This document shows positions 29,221 to 40,841 of a stretch of 64,000 nt of DNA, one piece after another. The position numbers and the translations under genes are program-made. The stretch comes from Sedimentisphaeraceae bacterium JB056 (GTDB taxonomy: Bacteria; Planctomycetota; Phycisphaerae; Sedimentisphaerales; Sedimentisphaeraceae). The notes under the pieces are model-generated. The model was not told the origin of the DNA and did no database searches. It saw only the letters and a list, made by a program, of their open reading frames with translations. The stretch spans positions 249,164-313,163 of the forward strand of contig JBITAJ010000012.1 of assembly GCA_044440125.1 (NCBI GenBank), read 5' to 3'. Within the stretch, counting starts at the first letter, position 1. The number at the start of each line of letters is the position of its first letter.

Positions 29221-30498
29221 ATGAATTGCGATATTAAAAATGCTTTAAGAAAATCAACGGCAGCAGTTTTACTTGCCGCGGGATTATTATTTGGCGGCAG
29301 TCTCGATGACGTTGCCCGATGTAAACCGCGTCAGGGCTGGCCACACTTTTTTGGCAAGCTTGCAGCGAAAGAACCGGTTACTATCGCCTATATCGGCGGC
29401 AGTATTACAGAACAGCAGGGCTGGCGTGACGGGACTTTCGATAATTTCGTAAAGACATACCCCGATGTGGAGTTTACGCAGATTAATTCGGCTATTCCGG
29501 GAACTAACTCTCAGCTCGGAGCCGCACGCATTGATAGGGATGTTCTCTCAAAAGACCCTGACCTTGTTTTTATAGAATTTGCGGTAAATGACGGCAACAG
29601 TGAGTATTCGCAGAAAACTTTTGAAGGGATGGTTCGAAAGATATACGATGCCGATATTAATACGGATATATGTTTTGTCTATACTATATGGAATGGTCAG
29701 ATAGAGAAGTATTTGTATAATGGAAGATATCAGCCTTCGGCAAGCGGGATGGAAGTGGTTGCCGAACATTACGGCGTGCCAAGTATTCATATGGCGTTTT
29801 ATGCTGCAAAGCTGCTTCGCGAAGATAAACTTGTTTTCAAGGCGCCGCTTTCAACAAAGGATAAGATTGCTTTCAGTCCTGACGGTGTGCATCCCTATAC
29901 GCAAACCGGACATCCGCTTTATACCCGTGCCGTGGTTGATTCGCTTGTAGAGATTGAAAATGCATCAACTGCCGGCGAGCGGATTGTTCCGCTGGCTCTT
30001 CATAAAGATGACTGGCAGGATGCAAAGCTTGTAAGTTTAAGTGAAGTTAGAAAAAGTGAAAGCTGGCAGGAGATTACGACAAAAAAAAGTAAGCTATTCG
30101 CTGAGTTTGGAAAATTTATGCCGCGAATATGGATGGCTGATAAAAATGGCAGCTCTATTTCGTTTGCATTTAAGGGGACTGCCGTTGGGATATATGGAAT
30201 AAAAGGGCCTGATGTCGGAATGCTTAAAATCGAGTTGGATTCGCGCGAGCCTGAGCTGATTACTTTTTTTGATTCTTACTGCACTGCCGGTCGGTATAAA
30301 CTCAAATCTGTTATGCTTGCTTATGGTTTAAGTGATGATGTTCATCGTGTTAAAATCACGGTGGACGAAGCTATGCCCGATAAAGCCGCGATACTGGCCA
30401 AGGGCGGTAATGAATATAAGGACAATGAAGAATTTAACAGTCGTAAAGCATATATCGGCGATATTATTATAAATGGTGAATTGACGGAGTTTGAATGA
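29221..30498 (+). CDS. SGNH/GDSL esterase
   Basis: 'IAYIGGSIT', 'AIPGTNS', 'EFAVND', 'DGVHP'. Confidence 0.88.
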   Translation: MNCDIKNALRKSTAAVLLAAGLLFGGSLDDVARCKPRQGWPHFFGKLAAKEPVTIAYIGGSITEQQGWRDGTFDNFVKTYPDVEFTQINSAIPGTNSQLGAARIDRDVLSKDPDLVFIEFAVNDGNSEYSQKTFEGMVRKIYDADINTDICFVYTIWNGQIEKYLYNGRYQPSASGMEVVAEHYGVPSIHMAFYAAKLLREDKLVFKAPLSTKDKIAFSPDGVHPYTQTGHPLYTRAVVDSLVEIENASTAGERIVPLALHKDDWQDAKLVSLSEVRKSESWQEITTKKSKLFAEFGKFMPRIWMADKNGSSISFAFKGTAVGIYGIKGPDVGMLKIELDSREPELITFFDSYCTAGRYKLKSVMLAYGLSDDVHRVKITVDEAMPDKAAILAKGGNEYKDNEEFNSRKAYIGDIIINGELTEFE

Positions 30499-32816
30499 GA
30501 ACGAAAATATTGAACATATTAATGTTGTTTACAATAACCTGTACCTTTACCTTGACGCTTGATGCTGCAAGGCTCGAAGGCAGAAAATCGCAGGTTATTG
30601 ATGAGCCGCTTGTCAACGGATATAACAAGGCTACTTTTGACGTGATGCTGGAAAGCTATCCGGCCAAGGCGGATTTTAACCCGGCTTTTGAACTGATGTG
30701 CACGCCTGTAAAAACCGATAAGATAAGATTCGTCTCGAACGATCCGGTTGCCCATGTTACTGAGATACGCCTGTTCGAGCCGGGCATGCAGAAGTATCCT
30801 CCGGTTATGGGCGGAGAAGGGCACGGTATATCAGTTCCAAATCTTGCCAAGGGCGCGACCGTCGAGGTGAGCAGTGCTTATGATATGAAACTGCGGCCCC
30901 CGCATGGAATTGTTGATGATGTGATATCGTTTGGCTCCAGATGGGTCAGTGGCGGCAGTGCTCCTCATACCGTTACTATCAATATGAAAGAGAAGAAGAC
31001 TGTCGGTTGTATTCAGATGGTCAGCGGCTATCTCAGCGGTATGGACTGGCGGGTGATCGCAAGTAATTTCTATTTTGAATACTTTGACGGTAAGGAATGG
31101 AAGAAAATAGAAGGCAGCGGCCGCCGCAGTGATACCGAGCTTTCAAGCCTTGCGATAACCCTTGCTGACGATAGCGGCAATGAATATCTGTTCATAGGCA
31201 AAAGCGAAAAGAATAACTGGGCTGTCGGTAAACGTAATTCTTCCGGCAATCTGGAAATAATAAAGGAAGTTTCAAAGCTTGAAACCGGCCTCTACGAAAA
31301 GGAAGTTTATCGTTTTGAACTGGCAACCTCTGCCAACCGCGGGGTACTTCTCGTTGATGGTCGGCCGGTTATAGATATCGAACACGACCTTAAAGACGAG
31401 CTTAAAGCCGGAATTGAATCTTTGAGTAGTGATGTTGTTCTCGATGTAAAAAATATGTCTGTTGACACGGAGACGGATAAACGGAGTGCTGCACTGAAAG
31501 ATGTTAGTTTTGAATGTATTGGGGGTGAGCTTCCTGAATTTATTTTCGATCCTTCCGTTTTGTCTCAGCAGTTCCAATTGTCTTCAGTGAATCAGCAGCG
31601 GATAAGAGTAGGCGTTGAAAAAATATCGCAAGGTCAGATGGTGAAGGTAAATGGTCGGAAAGTGTCATCATTACTTCTTAATCTTTCCGGCGGCAAACAG
31701 CAGGATGTTACGATAAGCGTAACATCGGCCGATAAAAGCAGCAGTCGTGATTATCTGATAGCCGTGCTTCCGGTTCCGCCGTCATCGCAGTTCGAACTTG
31801 CTTTCAGCGACGAGTTTGATGGTGATTCACTTAATATGGATCACTGGATGCATAGGGGCGGAATGCGATGGACGAGTAAGCAGTGTGCGGAAAATGTACT
31901 TGTTAAAGACGGCAAGCTTGTGATAAGGCTTGAGTCGGACGGAAAGATGCAGAGAACCGGCGGGATTATTTCCAATGAGGCTTTCGGCTACGGCTACTAT
32001 GAGACAAGGGCGAAGCTTTGGAAAGGTCACGGCTGGCATGCTTCGTTCTGGCAGATGCAGGTTAAAGATACGATAAACGAGATCGACTGCTTCGAATCAA
32101 CCGATCCCTATTCTTTCGGCTCCAATCTTCATTACTACAAGCCGCGGCATATAATAGGCCCTAAGGGACACAAGGCGGATGTAGCCGAGAGGTTCCATAC
32201 TTATGCTTGGGAATGGACCCCCGATCGCGTGAAGTTCTATTTTGACGGTGAGCTTCTGCGTGACGTTGCGTATCCTGGCCCGCATAAGCCGCAGAATGTC
32301 TGGCTTACATGTGTTGCCCATCCTGACGCTTCGATGAATGATTTGCCCGGCACCGTTGAGTATGAGTATTTCCGTTATTACCGCAAGGAGTATATGCCGA
32401 GTGTTTCGGATGATGCTATCATTGTTGATGAGGGTAAAGACGGTTACAGCGAAATTGGTAATTGGACTAAGGGAGAGTATCCTGTTTCTTACGAATATGA
32501 TTTCGAAACGCGTTTGAGTAAGGAGCAAGGCAGCTTCGCGATATGGAAGCCTGAAATCAAAAATGCCGGTCTTTACGATGTCTATGTATGGAATCCGTAT
32601 GTGTTCGTTGATAAAAATGTGCCTCTGTATTCTTATACCGTTAACTTCAGCGGCGGCAGTGAAGATGTTAATATTCGTCCAATGCTTGAAGGGCAGAAGT
32701 GGGTGAAGCTGGGACGTTACGAATTTGAGGCCGGTAATAAAGGATACGTCAAAATGAATGTAAGGGACGGTGTGGCGAACAGGGCCGATGCCGTTATGTT
32801 TAAGCCGGTTCGCTAA
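30495..32816 (+). CDS. Secreted multimodular GH16, paralogue of 11427..13865
   Basis: Same domain order as 11427..13865; 'FSDEFDG', 'GYGYYETRAKLWK', 'EIDCFE', 'QNVWLTCVAH'. Confidence 0.85.
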   Translation: MRTKILNILMLFTITCTFTLTLDAARLEGRKSQVIDEPLVNGYNKATFDVMLESYPAKADFNPAFELMCTPVKTDKIRFVSNDPVAHVTEIRLFEPGMQKYPPVMGGEGHGISVPNLAKGATVEVSSAYDMKLRPPHGIVDDVISFGSRWVSGGSAPHTVTINMKEKKTVGCIQMVSGYLSGMDWRVIASNFYFEYFDGKEWKKIEGSGRRSDTELSSLAITLADDSGNEYLFIGKSEKNNWAVGKRNSSGNLEIIKEVSKLETGLYEKEVYRFELATSANRGVLLVDGRPVIDIEHDLKDELKAGIESLSSDVVLDVKNMSVDTETDKRSAALKDVSFECIGGELPEFIFDPSVLSQQFQLSSVNQQRIRVGVEKISQGQMVKVNGRKVSSLLLNLSGGKQQDVTISVTSADKSSSRDYLIAVLPVPPSSQFELAFSDEFDGDSLNMDHWMHRGGMRWTSKQCAENVLVKDGKLVIRLESDGKMQRTGGIISNEAFGYGYYETRAKLWKGHGWHASFWQMQVKDTINEIDCFESTDPYSFGSNLHYYKPRHIIGPKGHKADVAERFHTYAWEWTPDRVKFYFDGELLRDVAYPGPHKPQNVWLTCVAHPDASMNDLPGTVEYEYFRYYRKEYMPSVSDDAIIVDEGKDGYSEIGNWTKGEYPVSYEYDFETRLSKEQGSFAIWKPEIKNAGLYDVYVWNPYVFVDKNVPLYSYTVNFSGGSEDVNIRPMLEGQKWVKLGRYEFEAGNKGYVKMNVRDGVANRADAVMFKPVR

Positions 32817-32845
32817 TATTATTTCGAAAAAATCGAGGATACGTT

Positions 32846-35263
32846 ATGAACCTTAAAAATATATTCCTGATCGTTGTTATATTTGTTGTGCAGTTATGCG
32901 TTGCGGATATCTATTGGAAAGATGCTACCTACGATCATACCTGGGGCAATTCGTCTAACTGGGATGACCTTGTAGTGCCTGACGCTTCAAGCGGTATTGT
33001 GTATGTGAAGGCTGGGTCTATAAGTTCGCCCAAAGCGTATCCTGTTATTTATTCTCCTGTTCCCGAAATTTACAGGTTGACCATCGGCGGCAGCGGCAAC
33101 GGAGTTGCTTCGGTTACTGTTGAAGACAGCGGCATACTTGATGTCCAATTTGTACTCCGTATGGGGCATTACAGCTCCGAAGAGAGCGATGTTCACGGCA
33201 AGCTTATTGTAAGCGGCGGCGTGGTCAATGTCGCGGCCGGAGGATATATCGATGTCGGAAGTTTGAATACTGACGGAACTTTGACCATTAACAGCGGAAG
33301 CGTCAATACGCCGCGAATAAATATCCCTGCCAGCCGCAACAGCAATGGTATTGTTCAGATTAAGGGCGGTTCGTTGAATGTCGAGTTTGACGGTGTTGTA
33401 ATAGCTAATGATACTGTCTTTAATAAGAGCGGCCTGATAGATATAAGCGGCGGTTCATTAATCGTTGATGGAGATGCCTCTGTCATCCTTGAAAGCTATG
33501 TAGCTCAGGGATCGATTATCGGTTATAGCGGCAACAGTACTGTAAGTGTTGATTACGACCAGACCAATCCTGGCAAAACGACCGTTAAAGCTAATTCTTA
33601 CGATCAGTTTACAGCGAGGGTTCCATCACCTTTCAGCGGTAAGAAAGAAGTGCCGGTTAGCGGCTCGCTGAACTGGGTTGGTGGTGATTGGGCAATTGAA
33701 CATGATGTATATATAGGTACCGATCTGCAGGCAGTCATGAATGCTACCAATATGCAGCCGGATATCAACGGCAATGGCTGGATTGATCAAGCGGATGTTG
33801 TATTGCTGGCCGATAACTGGCTGAGTACTTCGCCTGTATCGGGTGATATAGACCGAAGCGGGGAAGTTGATCTTAATGATTTTACGTTGCTTGCAAAAGA
33901 TTACGGCAAACAGGCAAGCGATATCTATAGAGGCAGAGTTGGTGAGCCAAGCTTTGATTATGATGGTTTGGTTAATAACAAAAAATATTACTGGCGTGTT
34001 GATGAGGTCAACGGTGATCTTGTATGGGGCGGTGATGTATGGGAGTTTACTTCCAAAATATATGTTGACGACAGCAAGAGCGGCTGGGAGCTTTCTTTTA
34101 GCGACGAGTTCAATGGTGATGATGTAGATTGGGAAGTATGGGCATCCGAGGCCGGATACCCGACACATATCCTTTCAAGCCGTTGGCCGGAGAATGCGAT
34201 AGTTGAAAACGGTACGCTTAGACTTCTCACGAAGAAGGAAAGCCGCGGCGGGGCAGAATGGACAACCGGCAATCTCTGGACTAGGATTTTTAAGCAGAAG
34301 CACGGTTACTGGGAAGCAAGCTATCGCATAGGAAGTGCACCGGCTTTGAATAACGCTTTCTGGATGATCAAGGGCGGTGAGTTTGAGATAGACATTGATG
34401 AAGGTCATTACCCTGATACGATGAATATGAATCTTCACAACTGGGCCGGCGAGCATTGGGCTACAGGCGCAACCTATGAGACAGGTCTGCCGCTTTCGCA
34501 GGAGTTTCATAAACGCGCTGTGGAGTGGACGCCTACGCTTTTGATATATTATTTCGATGACGTAGAAGTTCGCCGTGTTGATTACAGCAAGCTCGATATC
34601 AATGTGGATGCAGAGGTAGAGGTTCGTTTGAGTACTGCGGTTATCCCCTGGACAGGTGAAGAAATTACCGATGCACTCGATGGTACGAGTATGGACTTTG
34701 ATTATGTCAGAATTTATGAAAAGGATTATGATGTCGATCCGGCAAGGCTTATAGAGCCTTCAACTATCACGGCGACGGCGTTAAATACTTCTCAATACGG
34801 AACAAGATATCCTCTATATGCCGTTAATGGTGCCGGTCTCAGTGGAGACAATCATGCCACAGGAGCAGACAATGTTGCGTGGATGGCCGACTATAGGGAT
34901 AACTGGTTCAAGGTTGATCTCGGTCAAAGCTTCGAGCTTGATTTTATCAAGATATGGAATTTTAATATGACCGGCTACACTTCAAGGGGAATAAAGACGG
35001 CCGACGTATATTATTCCGACAGCGAAAGCGATCCCGGCAATCCTCGGGATAACCCTGAGAACTGGTCGCTTTATAAAGCAGGCGTTGAATTTACCGAAGC
35101 ATCTGGACGAACCGATTACGGAACGAACGAAGATTACAATATGCCTGACATTCTGGATATATCGTACGTCAATGCAAGATGGATAGTATTTGATATCCAG
35201 AGCAATCATGCCGGCGACCCGTCTTATACGGGCATAAGCGAACTGCAGTTTATAAAAAAATAG
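32846..35263 (+). CDS. Secreted GH16 with passenger-type module, Fn3-like module carrying an inserted dockerin-like pair, and C-terminal F5/8C-like domain
   Basis: 'FSDEFNG', 'NNAFW', 'EIDIDE', 'DFDYVRIY'; dockerin-like 'DINGNGWIDQAD' and 'DIDRSGEVDLND'; C-terminal 'WFKVDLG...TGISELQF'. Confidence 0.85.
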   Translation: MNLKNIFLIVVIFVVQLCVADIYWKDATYDHTWGNSSNWDDLVVPDASSGIVYVKAGSISSPKAYPVIYSPVPEIYRLTIGGSGNGVASVTVEDSGILDVQFVLRMGHYSSEESDVHGKLIVSGGVVNVAAGGYIDVGSLNTDGTLTINSGSVNTPRINIPASRNSNGIVQIKGGSLNVEFDGVVIANDTVFNKSGLIDISGGSLIVDGDASVILESYVAQGSIIGYSGNSTVSVDYDQTNPGKTTVKANSYDQFTARVPSPFSGKKEVPVSGSLNWVGGDWAIEHDVYIGTDLQAVMNATNMQPDINGNGWIDQADVVLLADNWLSTSPVSGDIDRSGEVDLNDFTLLAKDYGKQASDIYRGRVGEPSFDYDGLVNNKKYYWRVDEVNGDLVWGGDVWEFTSKIYVDDSKSGWELSFSDEFNGDDVDWEVWASEAGYPTHILSSRWPENAIVENGTLRLLTKKESRGGAEWTTGNLWTRIFKQKHGYWEASYRIGSAPALNNAFWMIKGGEFEIDIDEGHYPDTMNMNLHNWAGEHWATGATYETGLPLSQEFHKRAVEWTPTLLIYYFDDVEVRRVDYSKLDINVDAEVEVRLSTAVIPWTGEEITDALDGTSMDFDYVRIYEKDYDVDPARLIEPSTITATALNTSQYGTRYPLYAVNGAGLSGDNHATGADNVAWMADYRDNWFKVDLGQSFELDFIKIWNFNMTGYTSRGIKTADVYYSDSESDPGNPRDNPENWSLYKAGVEFTEASGRTDYGTNEDYNMPDILDISYVNARWIVFDIQSNHAGDPSYTGISELQFIKK

Positions 35264-35286
35264 TTGTATGTGAAAGGTTGGAGACG

Positions 35287-37899
35287 ATGAGTTTTATTCG
35301 TATATTTGTGCTTTCGTTATTTGTTTGCGGTTTGGTGACGGCAGAACAGACGAAACGAAATCTTGTCCGTAACGGAAGCTTTGAGGCTGGAGGTTATGGC
35401 TGGATGTTCGATGCCAAACCTCTTGATGGTGAGTTTATGGTTACCGGCGATGGGGATGCCAGTGTTAAGATTGGTGAAAAGTGTCAGAAAGTTTCGCTTG
35501 CAAGTGAGTGGTTTAAGCTTGCCTCTGGTAAGGACTATTTTCTTACCTTGAAACTGCGGTCTCAAAATGATAATATGCCGGTGAGAATTTCCGTATGGTC
35601 GTGGGCAGATGCCGGAGGCAAATGGAATCAGAAAACTGAATCTGCTCAAACCGTAAATGTCAAAAAACAATGGGAGCAGTTTTCGCTAAAAGTAAATATT
35701 GAACCTGCTCGCATGGATAAATACCAGGTGGCAATTGAAACATGGACTAAAGGTGAGTTCTATGTCGATGATGTTTGTCTTGTTGAAGGCGGTCAGACGA
35801 CACAGCATCCTTTACCTTTTAGTGATGTGGAGATGGGGCTTGAATCTTCCAATGACAGTTGTATGTTCGATGTTACCGATTTGCCGCAGGCAGATTTGTA
35901 TTTTTATAATTATCAGAATATGCCGGTTGATGCAAAGGTTGAAATTAAACTTACAGATATTTACGATGAGAATGTTGTTACCAAATCTGAAACGATCAAT
36001 ATTAAACCCGGTCTTAAAAAACATATGCCGCTGACTTTGCCGGTAACTGAAAAAGGTTATTACAAACTTACGGCGAATCTTACTTTTCCCGGCGGTTCTC
36101 AAAGATGCAATTTTGCTTTTGCCGTGATAGATGTTAACAGGTCGCGTCCAAAGGACGAAGGCTATTTCGGTGTCTGCACTTCGAGTCATAATCTCCAGCG
36201 GCAACTTAAAAGGGCAGCGGCTATAGGGATAAATAATTTCCGCGTTCACGAGAGTCTCAACTGGAAAAATATTGAACCGGAGCAGGGTAAATACGTTTGG
36301 CCCGATTCTGCCGGTTATGAAGCTTACAGTAATAAAGGCTTTAATATACTCGTTTACTTCGATGGTATATGGCAGGGCCAGCCTGACTGGGCAAAAGGGC
36401 TTGATGAAAAAGAAAAGCTTAAACGATATGGAATTTTCTGCGCCCGTGCGGTAGAACATTATAAAGGGATAATTGAAGATTTTGAAGTTATCAACGAGCC
36501 TTGGGGACATATAGGTGCTGAAGAATATTACGATATTTTAAGGGCTGTTTATCCAAAGGCCAAAGCCGCTAATCCGGATGCCAACATGGCCGCGGTTACA
36601 GGTTATCATGGACCGCAGATAGATTTTATGAAAAAGACCATGACCAATGGTTCGCTTGACTATATGGATGTTTATACTTTACATCCTTATCCTCGTCCGA
36701 TGCAGCCCGAACCGGTACTTGTTAATATTCTGCAGGAGGCTTCAGGCTGGCTTGATCAGCAGGGATGGGATAAACCTGTTTGGATAACCGAGATGGGTTG
36801 GACGACAAGCGGCGGTGAACTTCTGCCGACAAGGATACCGCGTCCGGCGGCTCGAAACAATACTGAGCTCGAAAGAGCTATGTATATTGTTCGTGCCAAT
36901 ATTATATCCATAGCAAACGGCGTTGACAGAATCTACTGGTTCTTTTATTCCGGCGACAATAATTTTTACTATTCATATGATATGTTCGAGTGCGACAGTA
37001 ATGACAGCGTGATGAAGACTGTTCCTGTCTATTCTGCCATGACATCACGGCTTCGAGATTATAAATTCGAGAAGACACTCTCTGAAGGTGAAGATGATGT
37101 CTATGCATATATGTTTGTTAAAGGTGATGACAGGCAGGTCGTTGCGTTCTGTCAGGATGAAAAGGATGCGAAGTTGTATCTTGAGAATATTACAGGTGAT
37201 TTTGCTGTATATGATATGCTTGGTAATCAGATGGATTCTGCTGAGGTTGTCAATCAGAAATATGATACGCCTCTGAGCGGCAAAGTGATTTATATTGAGA
37301 TGAAGAATGCCGCTGCGGAGCCGAAGGTAGTCAAGCAAGGTTTGGTATGTGATGATAAACTTTCATTCAGTGAGCCGCTTCCAAAGATGGATTCTGATAT
37401 CATTGTACCGGCTTCTGGATACAGCAAGGCTAATTTTTCTCCTGATCCTTTATGGCGGCCGGGAAGTTTGAGAACTTACAGCGGTGATGATGTATTGCTG
37501 AAGCGTACATATTTAAATGATGAAAAAGTTTATATGATCGAGTATCGTTTTGATTCTGAAAAGTCAGGTCTCTATGATTTGGTTTTTGTATGCAGCCTTT
37601 TTGAAACCGACGATAATCTAAGTTGGAGTGTTAACGGAAGTCAATTCGTTTCGAATGCTTCCTCTCAGCTGATGGGTAAGAGTTGGGTTTACAGTAATAA
37701 TCCAAATATCTGGTGGCGATTCAAATGCGGTGCGCATAATATGGGCAAGGCTCGACTCAAAGAAGGGACTAACACGCTTCGAGTTAAACTGCAAAAACCG
37801 CTCAAAAATGATTACGGATATTTTATGTTTGATGTTGCCTCGTTCTTTGAGCAGGCATCACTTGAAATTTTTGAAGATAATCTTGGAAAATTAGAATAG
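35287..37899 (+). CDS. Secreted clan GH-A glycoside hydrolase (GH39/GH5-like) with N-terminal CBM4/9-like domain
   Basis: 'NLVRNGSFE'; 'WKNIEPEQGKY'; acid/base 'INEP'; 'LHPY'; nucleophile 'WITEMGW'. Confidence 0.75.
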   Translation: MSFIRIFVLSLFVCGLVTAEQTKRNLVRNGSFEAGGYGWMFDAKPLDGEFMVTGDGDASVKIGEKCQKVSLASEWFKLASGKDYFLTLKLRSQNDNMPVRISVWSWADAGGKWNQKTESAQTVNVKKQWEQFSLKVNIEPARMDKYQVAIETWTKGEFYVDDVCLVEGGQTTQHPLPFSDVEMGLESSNDSCMFDVTDLPQADLYFYNYQNMPVDAKVEIKLTDIYDENVVTKSETINIKPGLKKHMPLTLPVTEKGYYKLTANLTFPGGSQRCNFAFAVIDVNRSRPKDEGYFGVCTSSHNLQRQLKRAAAIGINNFRVHESLNWKNIEPEQGKYVWPDSAGYEAYSNKGFNILVYFDGIWQGQPDWAKGLDEKEKLKRYGIFCARAVEHYKGIIEDFEVINEPWGHIGAEEYYDILRAVYPKAKAANPDANMAAVTGYHGPQIDFMKKTMTNGSLDYMDVYTLHPYPRPMQPEPVLVNILQEASGWLDQQGWDKPVWITEMGWTTSGGELLPTRIPRPAARNNTELERAMYIVRANIISIANGVDRIYWFFYSGDNNFYYSYDMFECDSNDSVMKTVPVYSAMTSRLRDYKFEKTLSEGEDDVYAYMFVKGDDRQVVAFCQDEKDAKLYLENITGDFAVYDMLGNQMDSAEVVNQKYDTPLSGKVIYIEMKNAAAEPKVVKQGLVCDDKLSFSEPLPKMDSDIIVPASGYSKANFSPDPLWRPGSLRTYSGDDVLLKRTYLNDEKVYMIEYRFDSEKSGLYDLVFVCSLFETDDNLSWSVNGSQFVSNASSQLMGKSWVYSNNPNIWWRFKCGAHNMGKARLKEGTNTLRVKLQKPLKNDYGYFMFDVASFFEQASLEIFEDNLGKLE

Positions 37900-37908
37900 G
37901 AGATACTA

Positions 37909-39378
37909 ATGAATAGAAGAGACTTTCTAAAGATTGCAGGAGGCAGTGCCGCAGCTTTTTCATTGGGCGGCTGTCTGGAAAACAATATGATTTCCGGCGG
38001 CAAAAAGAAGAAACCCAACATTGTACTGATAATGGCTGATGATGTCGGCTATGGTGATTTAGGTTGCTATGGTGATACCAATCTTGTGCCTACTCCTAAT
38101 ATTGACAAGCTTGCTTCTCAAGGTGTTCGTTTTTCAGATGCTTACGTAACAGCTCCTGTTTGCGGCCCATGCAGATACGGGATGTTCCTTGGAGCCTACC
38201 AGCAGAAGTTTGGTATTCAGTGGAACTGGAGCTGTTGGTCAAAAATACCAGGCTATCCGAATGAAACAATTGATGACACCCGCATTCCCTCCCAGCAGGA
38301 GCTGATGACCGAGCCGCTTGAAGATGCCGGTTATGTCAGTGGTCTTGTAGGCCACTGGGGATTGCCGTGCTATCCTCAGACTTCTTTTGATGAGTCTATG
38401 TCGGTTATACATTATGTTGCAGATTATTGGCCCGATGAAACCGGGCATTACGGCGGCGTGGATGAAGATATTGCTTACGGCGAATTCAAAGACATAAAGT
38501 GGGGCCCCGAGCGAGAGGGCGACGAATACCTTACTGACAGGCTTGGACGACAGGCGGTGGAATTCATCGACAGACACAAAGACGAACCGTTCTTTCTGTA
38601 TCTTGGTTTCAATGCTCCGCATAGCCCTATGCAGGCTAAGAATAGTCTTAAGGACAAAGTTGCTCATTTGCCGAGTGAAGCCCTCAAGTTTTATGGCGCG
38701 ATGCTTCTTTCAATGGATGAGAATGTCGGCAAGGTGGTTGAGGCTCTCGATGAGCGTGGACTCAGGGAAGATACAATTGTTGTATTCATCAGCGATAACG
38801 GGCCGACTTATGCCTACAATGTTAAGTGGCCTAAAGAGTGGCCCAAAGAACTGCTCGGCAGTGCGGGTGAGCTTAGAGGCTATAAGGGGCAGTTCCTTGA
38901 AGGCGGTATAAGAATACCTTTGATTATGAGCTGGCCGGGACAATTGGAAAACGGCAGTGTTTATGAGAAGCCTGTAAGTGCTTTGGATTTCTATCCTACT
39001 TTCTGCAATGCTGCTGGTGCCGAGGTTCCTTCAGGAACGCATCTTGACGGTGTCGACCTGATGCCGTATCTAAAGGGTAAAAAAGATGGCTCACCGCATG
39101 ACATTCTTTTCTGGTATTCTGATGACAGAGGCGCGGTACGAAAGGGAAGGTGGAAACTTTATGTTAATAGAGATGTAGTACGTCTTTGTGATCTCAAAAA
39201 TGATATTGGTGAGACGACGGATCTTTCTTCAGAATATCCGCAGGTGCGTGATGCACTGCTTAAGGAATTTGAGGAGTTCCGAAATTCTATGCCGGCTCCT
39301 CTCAACCCAGATCTCTATGAAGAGCATAAAGACGCGTTTATTAAAGAGTACCAGATATTCAGTGAGTCAGGTGAATAA
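37909..39378 (+). CDS. S1 sulfatase, Tat signal (tandem copy A)
   Basis: NRRDFLK; 'ADDVGYGD'; CGPCR; 'SDNG'; 'EGGIRIP'. Confidence 0.9.
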   Translation: MNRRDFLKIAGGSAAAFSLGGCLENNMISGGKKKKPNIVLIMADDVGYGDLGCYGDTNLVPTPNIDKLASQGVRFSDAYVTAPVCGPCRYGMFLGAYQQKFGIQWNWSCWSKIPGYPNETIDDTRIPSQQELMTEPLEDAGYVSGLVGHWGLPCYPQTSFDESMSVIHYVADYWPDETGHYGGVDEDIAYGEFKDIKWGPEREGDEYLTDRLGRQAVEFIDRHKDEPFFLYLGFNAPHSPMQAKNSLKDKVAHLPSEALKFYGAMLLSMDENVGKVVEALDERGLREDTIVVFISDNGPTYAYNVKWPKEWPKELLGSAGELRGYKGQFLEGGIRIPLIMSWPGQLENGSVYEKPVSALDFYPTFCNAAGAEVPSGTHLDGVDLMPYLKGKKDGSPHDILFWYSDDRGAVRKGRWKLYVNRDVVRLCDLKNDIGETTDLSSEYPQVRDALLKEFEEFRNSMPAPLNPDLYEEHKDAFIKEYQIFSESGE

Positions 39379-40796
39379 TGAACAGACGAAATTTTTTAAA
39401 AATGGCCGGAGTGAGTGCTGCTATGCTTTCACTGGGCAGCGGAGAGCTTTTTGCCGCTGACGAAAAAAGGAAGCCCAATATTATACTGATCGTAGCCGAT
39501 GACATGGGCTACGGGGATGCGGGCTGCTATGGTGATACAAATCTTGTTCCAACGCCCAACGTTGACCGCCTTGCCAAAGAAGGCATTCGTTTTACCGATG
39601 GTTATGTGACGGCTCCCGTTTGCGGGCCTTGCCGTTACGGTATGCTTACAGGAGCTTATCAGCAGAGATTTGGCGTGCAGTGGAATCCCGATTGCTGGGG
39701 TAGGCTGCCGCAAAGTATTCTCAATAAACTCGGTATTGAAGAGGAGACCCAGGAACATAACCGTATTCCGTCAGGTCAGAAAGTTATTAGCGACCCGCTG
39801 GAAACAGCCGGTTATGCCACAGGGCTTGCAGGCAAATGGAATCTTCCATGCTATCCTCAGACAACCTTTGATGAAACATTTTCGGCTGTTCACTTCGGAG
39901 CCGATTATTTCCCGAATGAAGACGGTAAGTATAAAGGTGTGAACGAAACAGTGCCCACAAGCAGCAGCAAAGATATTGTCTGGGGGCCGAAGAATGAGGG
40001 AGATGAATATCTCACCGACAGGCTCGGCAGGCAGACGGTGGAGTTTATCGAAAAGCATAAGGACGAACCGTTCTTTTTCTATCTGGGCTTCAATGCGCCT
40101 CACAGTCCTATGCAGGCCAAGAAAAAATATGCAGACCGAGTTTCACATCTCAAGACAGAAGCACTTAAACTTTACGGTGCAATGCTGATATCGATGGATG
40201 AAAATGTGGGCAAAGTACTTGACAAGCTTGATGAGCTCGGTATTGCTGATGATACCATTGTAGCCTTCATTAGCGACAACGGACCGACCTATGCGTATAA
40301 TGTCGACTGGCCCAAAGACTGGCCAAAAGAGCTGATTGGAAGTGCCGGGCCGCTGAGCGGCCATAAGGGACAGTTCCTTGAAGGCGGCATACGCGTACCT
40401 TTTATTATGAGATGGCCGGGAAATTTCAAGGCGGGTAGTGTTTACAATGAACCCGTTATCGCTCTCGATTTTTATCCTACTTTCTGCGCTGCCGCAGATG
40501 CGAAAGTTCCAAGATCAACCAAGCTTGACGGAACAAACCTCCTGCCTTACTTGCGAGGTGAAAAAAGCGGCTCGCCTCATGATATTTTATTCTGGTATTG
40601 CGGCGTCAGCGGGGCTGTTAGAAAGGGCAAATGGAAACTGCGGATATACAAGGATACCGGCAAGTTGTTTGATCTTGATTCTGATATAGCCGAGAAAAAT
40701 GATCTGTCGGAAAAATACCCAAAAATTAAGGCGGAACTGGATAGGGAATATAAGGAATTCTGCAGTCAGATGCCCCCAGCACTCTATTCAAAGTGA
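39378..40796 (+). CDS. S1 sulfatase, Tat signal (tandem copy B)
   Basis: NRRNFLK; 'ADDMGYGD'; CGPCR; long identical stretches with copy A. Confidence 0.9.
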   Translation: MNRRNFLKMAGVSAAMLSLGSGELFAADEKRKPNIILIVADDMGYGDAGCYGDTNLVPTPNVDRLAKEGIRFTDGYVTAPVCGPCRYGMLTGAYQQRFGVQWNPDCWGRLPQSILNKLGIEEETQEHNRIPSGQKVISDPLETAGYATGLAGKWNLPCYPQTTFDETFSAVHFGADYFPNEDGKYKGVNETVPTSSSKDIVWGPKNEGDEYLTDRLGRQTVEFIEKHKDEPFFFYLGFNAPHSPMQAKKKYADRVSHLKTEALKLYGAMLISMDENVGKVLDKLDELGIADDTIVAFISDNGPTYAYNVDWPKDWPKELIGSAGPLSGHKGQFLEGGIRVPFIMRWPGNFKAGSVYNEPVIALDFYPTFCAAADAKVPRSTKLDGTNLLPYLRGEKSGSPHDILFWYCGVSGAVRKGKWKLRIYKDTGKLFDLDSDIAEKNDLSEKYPKIKAELDREYKEFCSQMPPALYSK

Positions 40797-40841
40797 GTTA
40801 GCGCTTAGAAAGGCTTGAATTGGCTGCTAAAGCAGTCTAAG

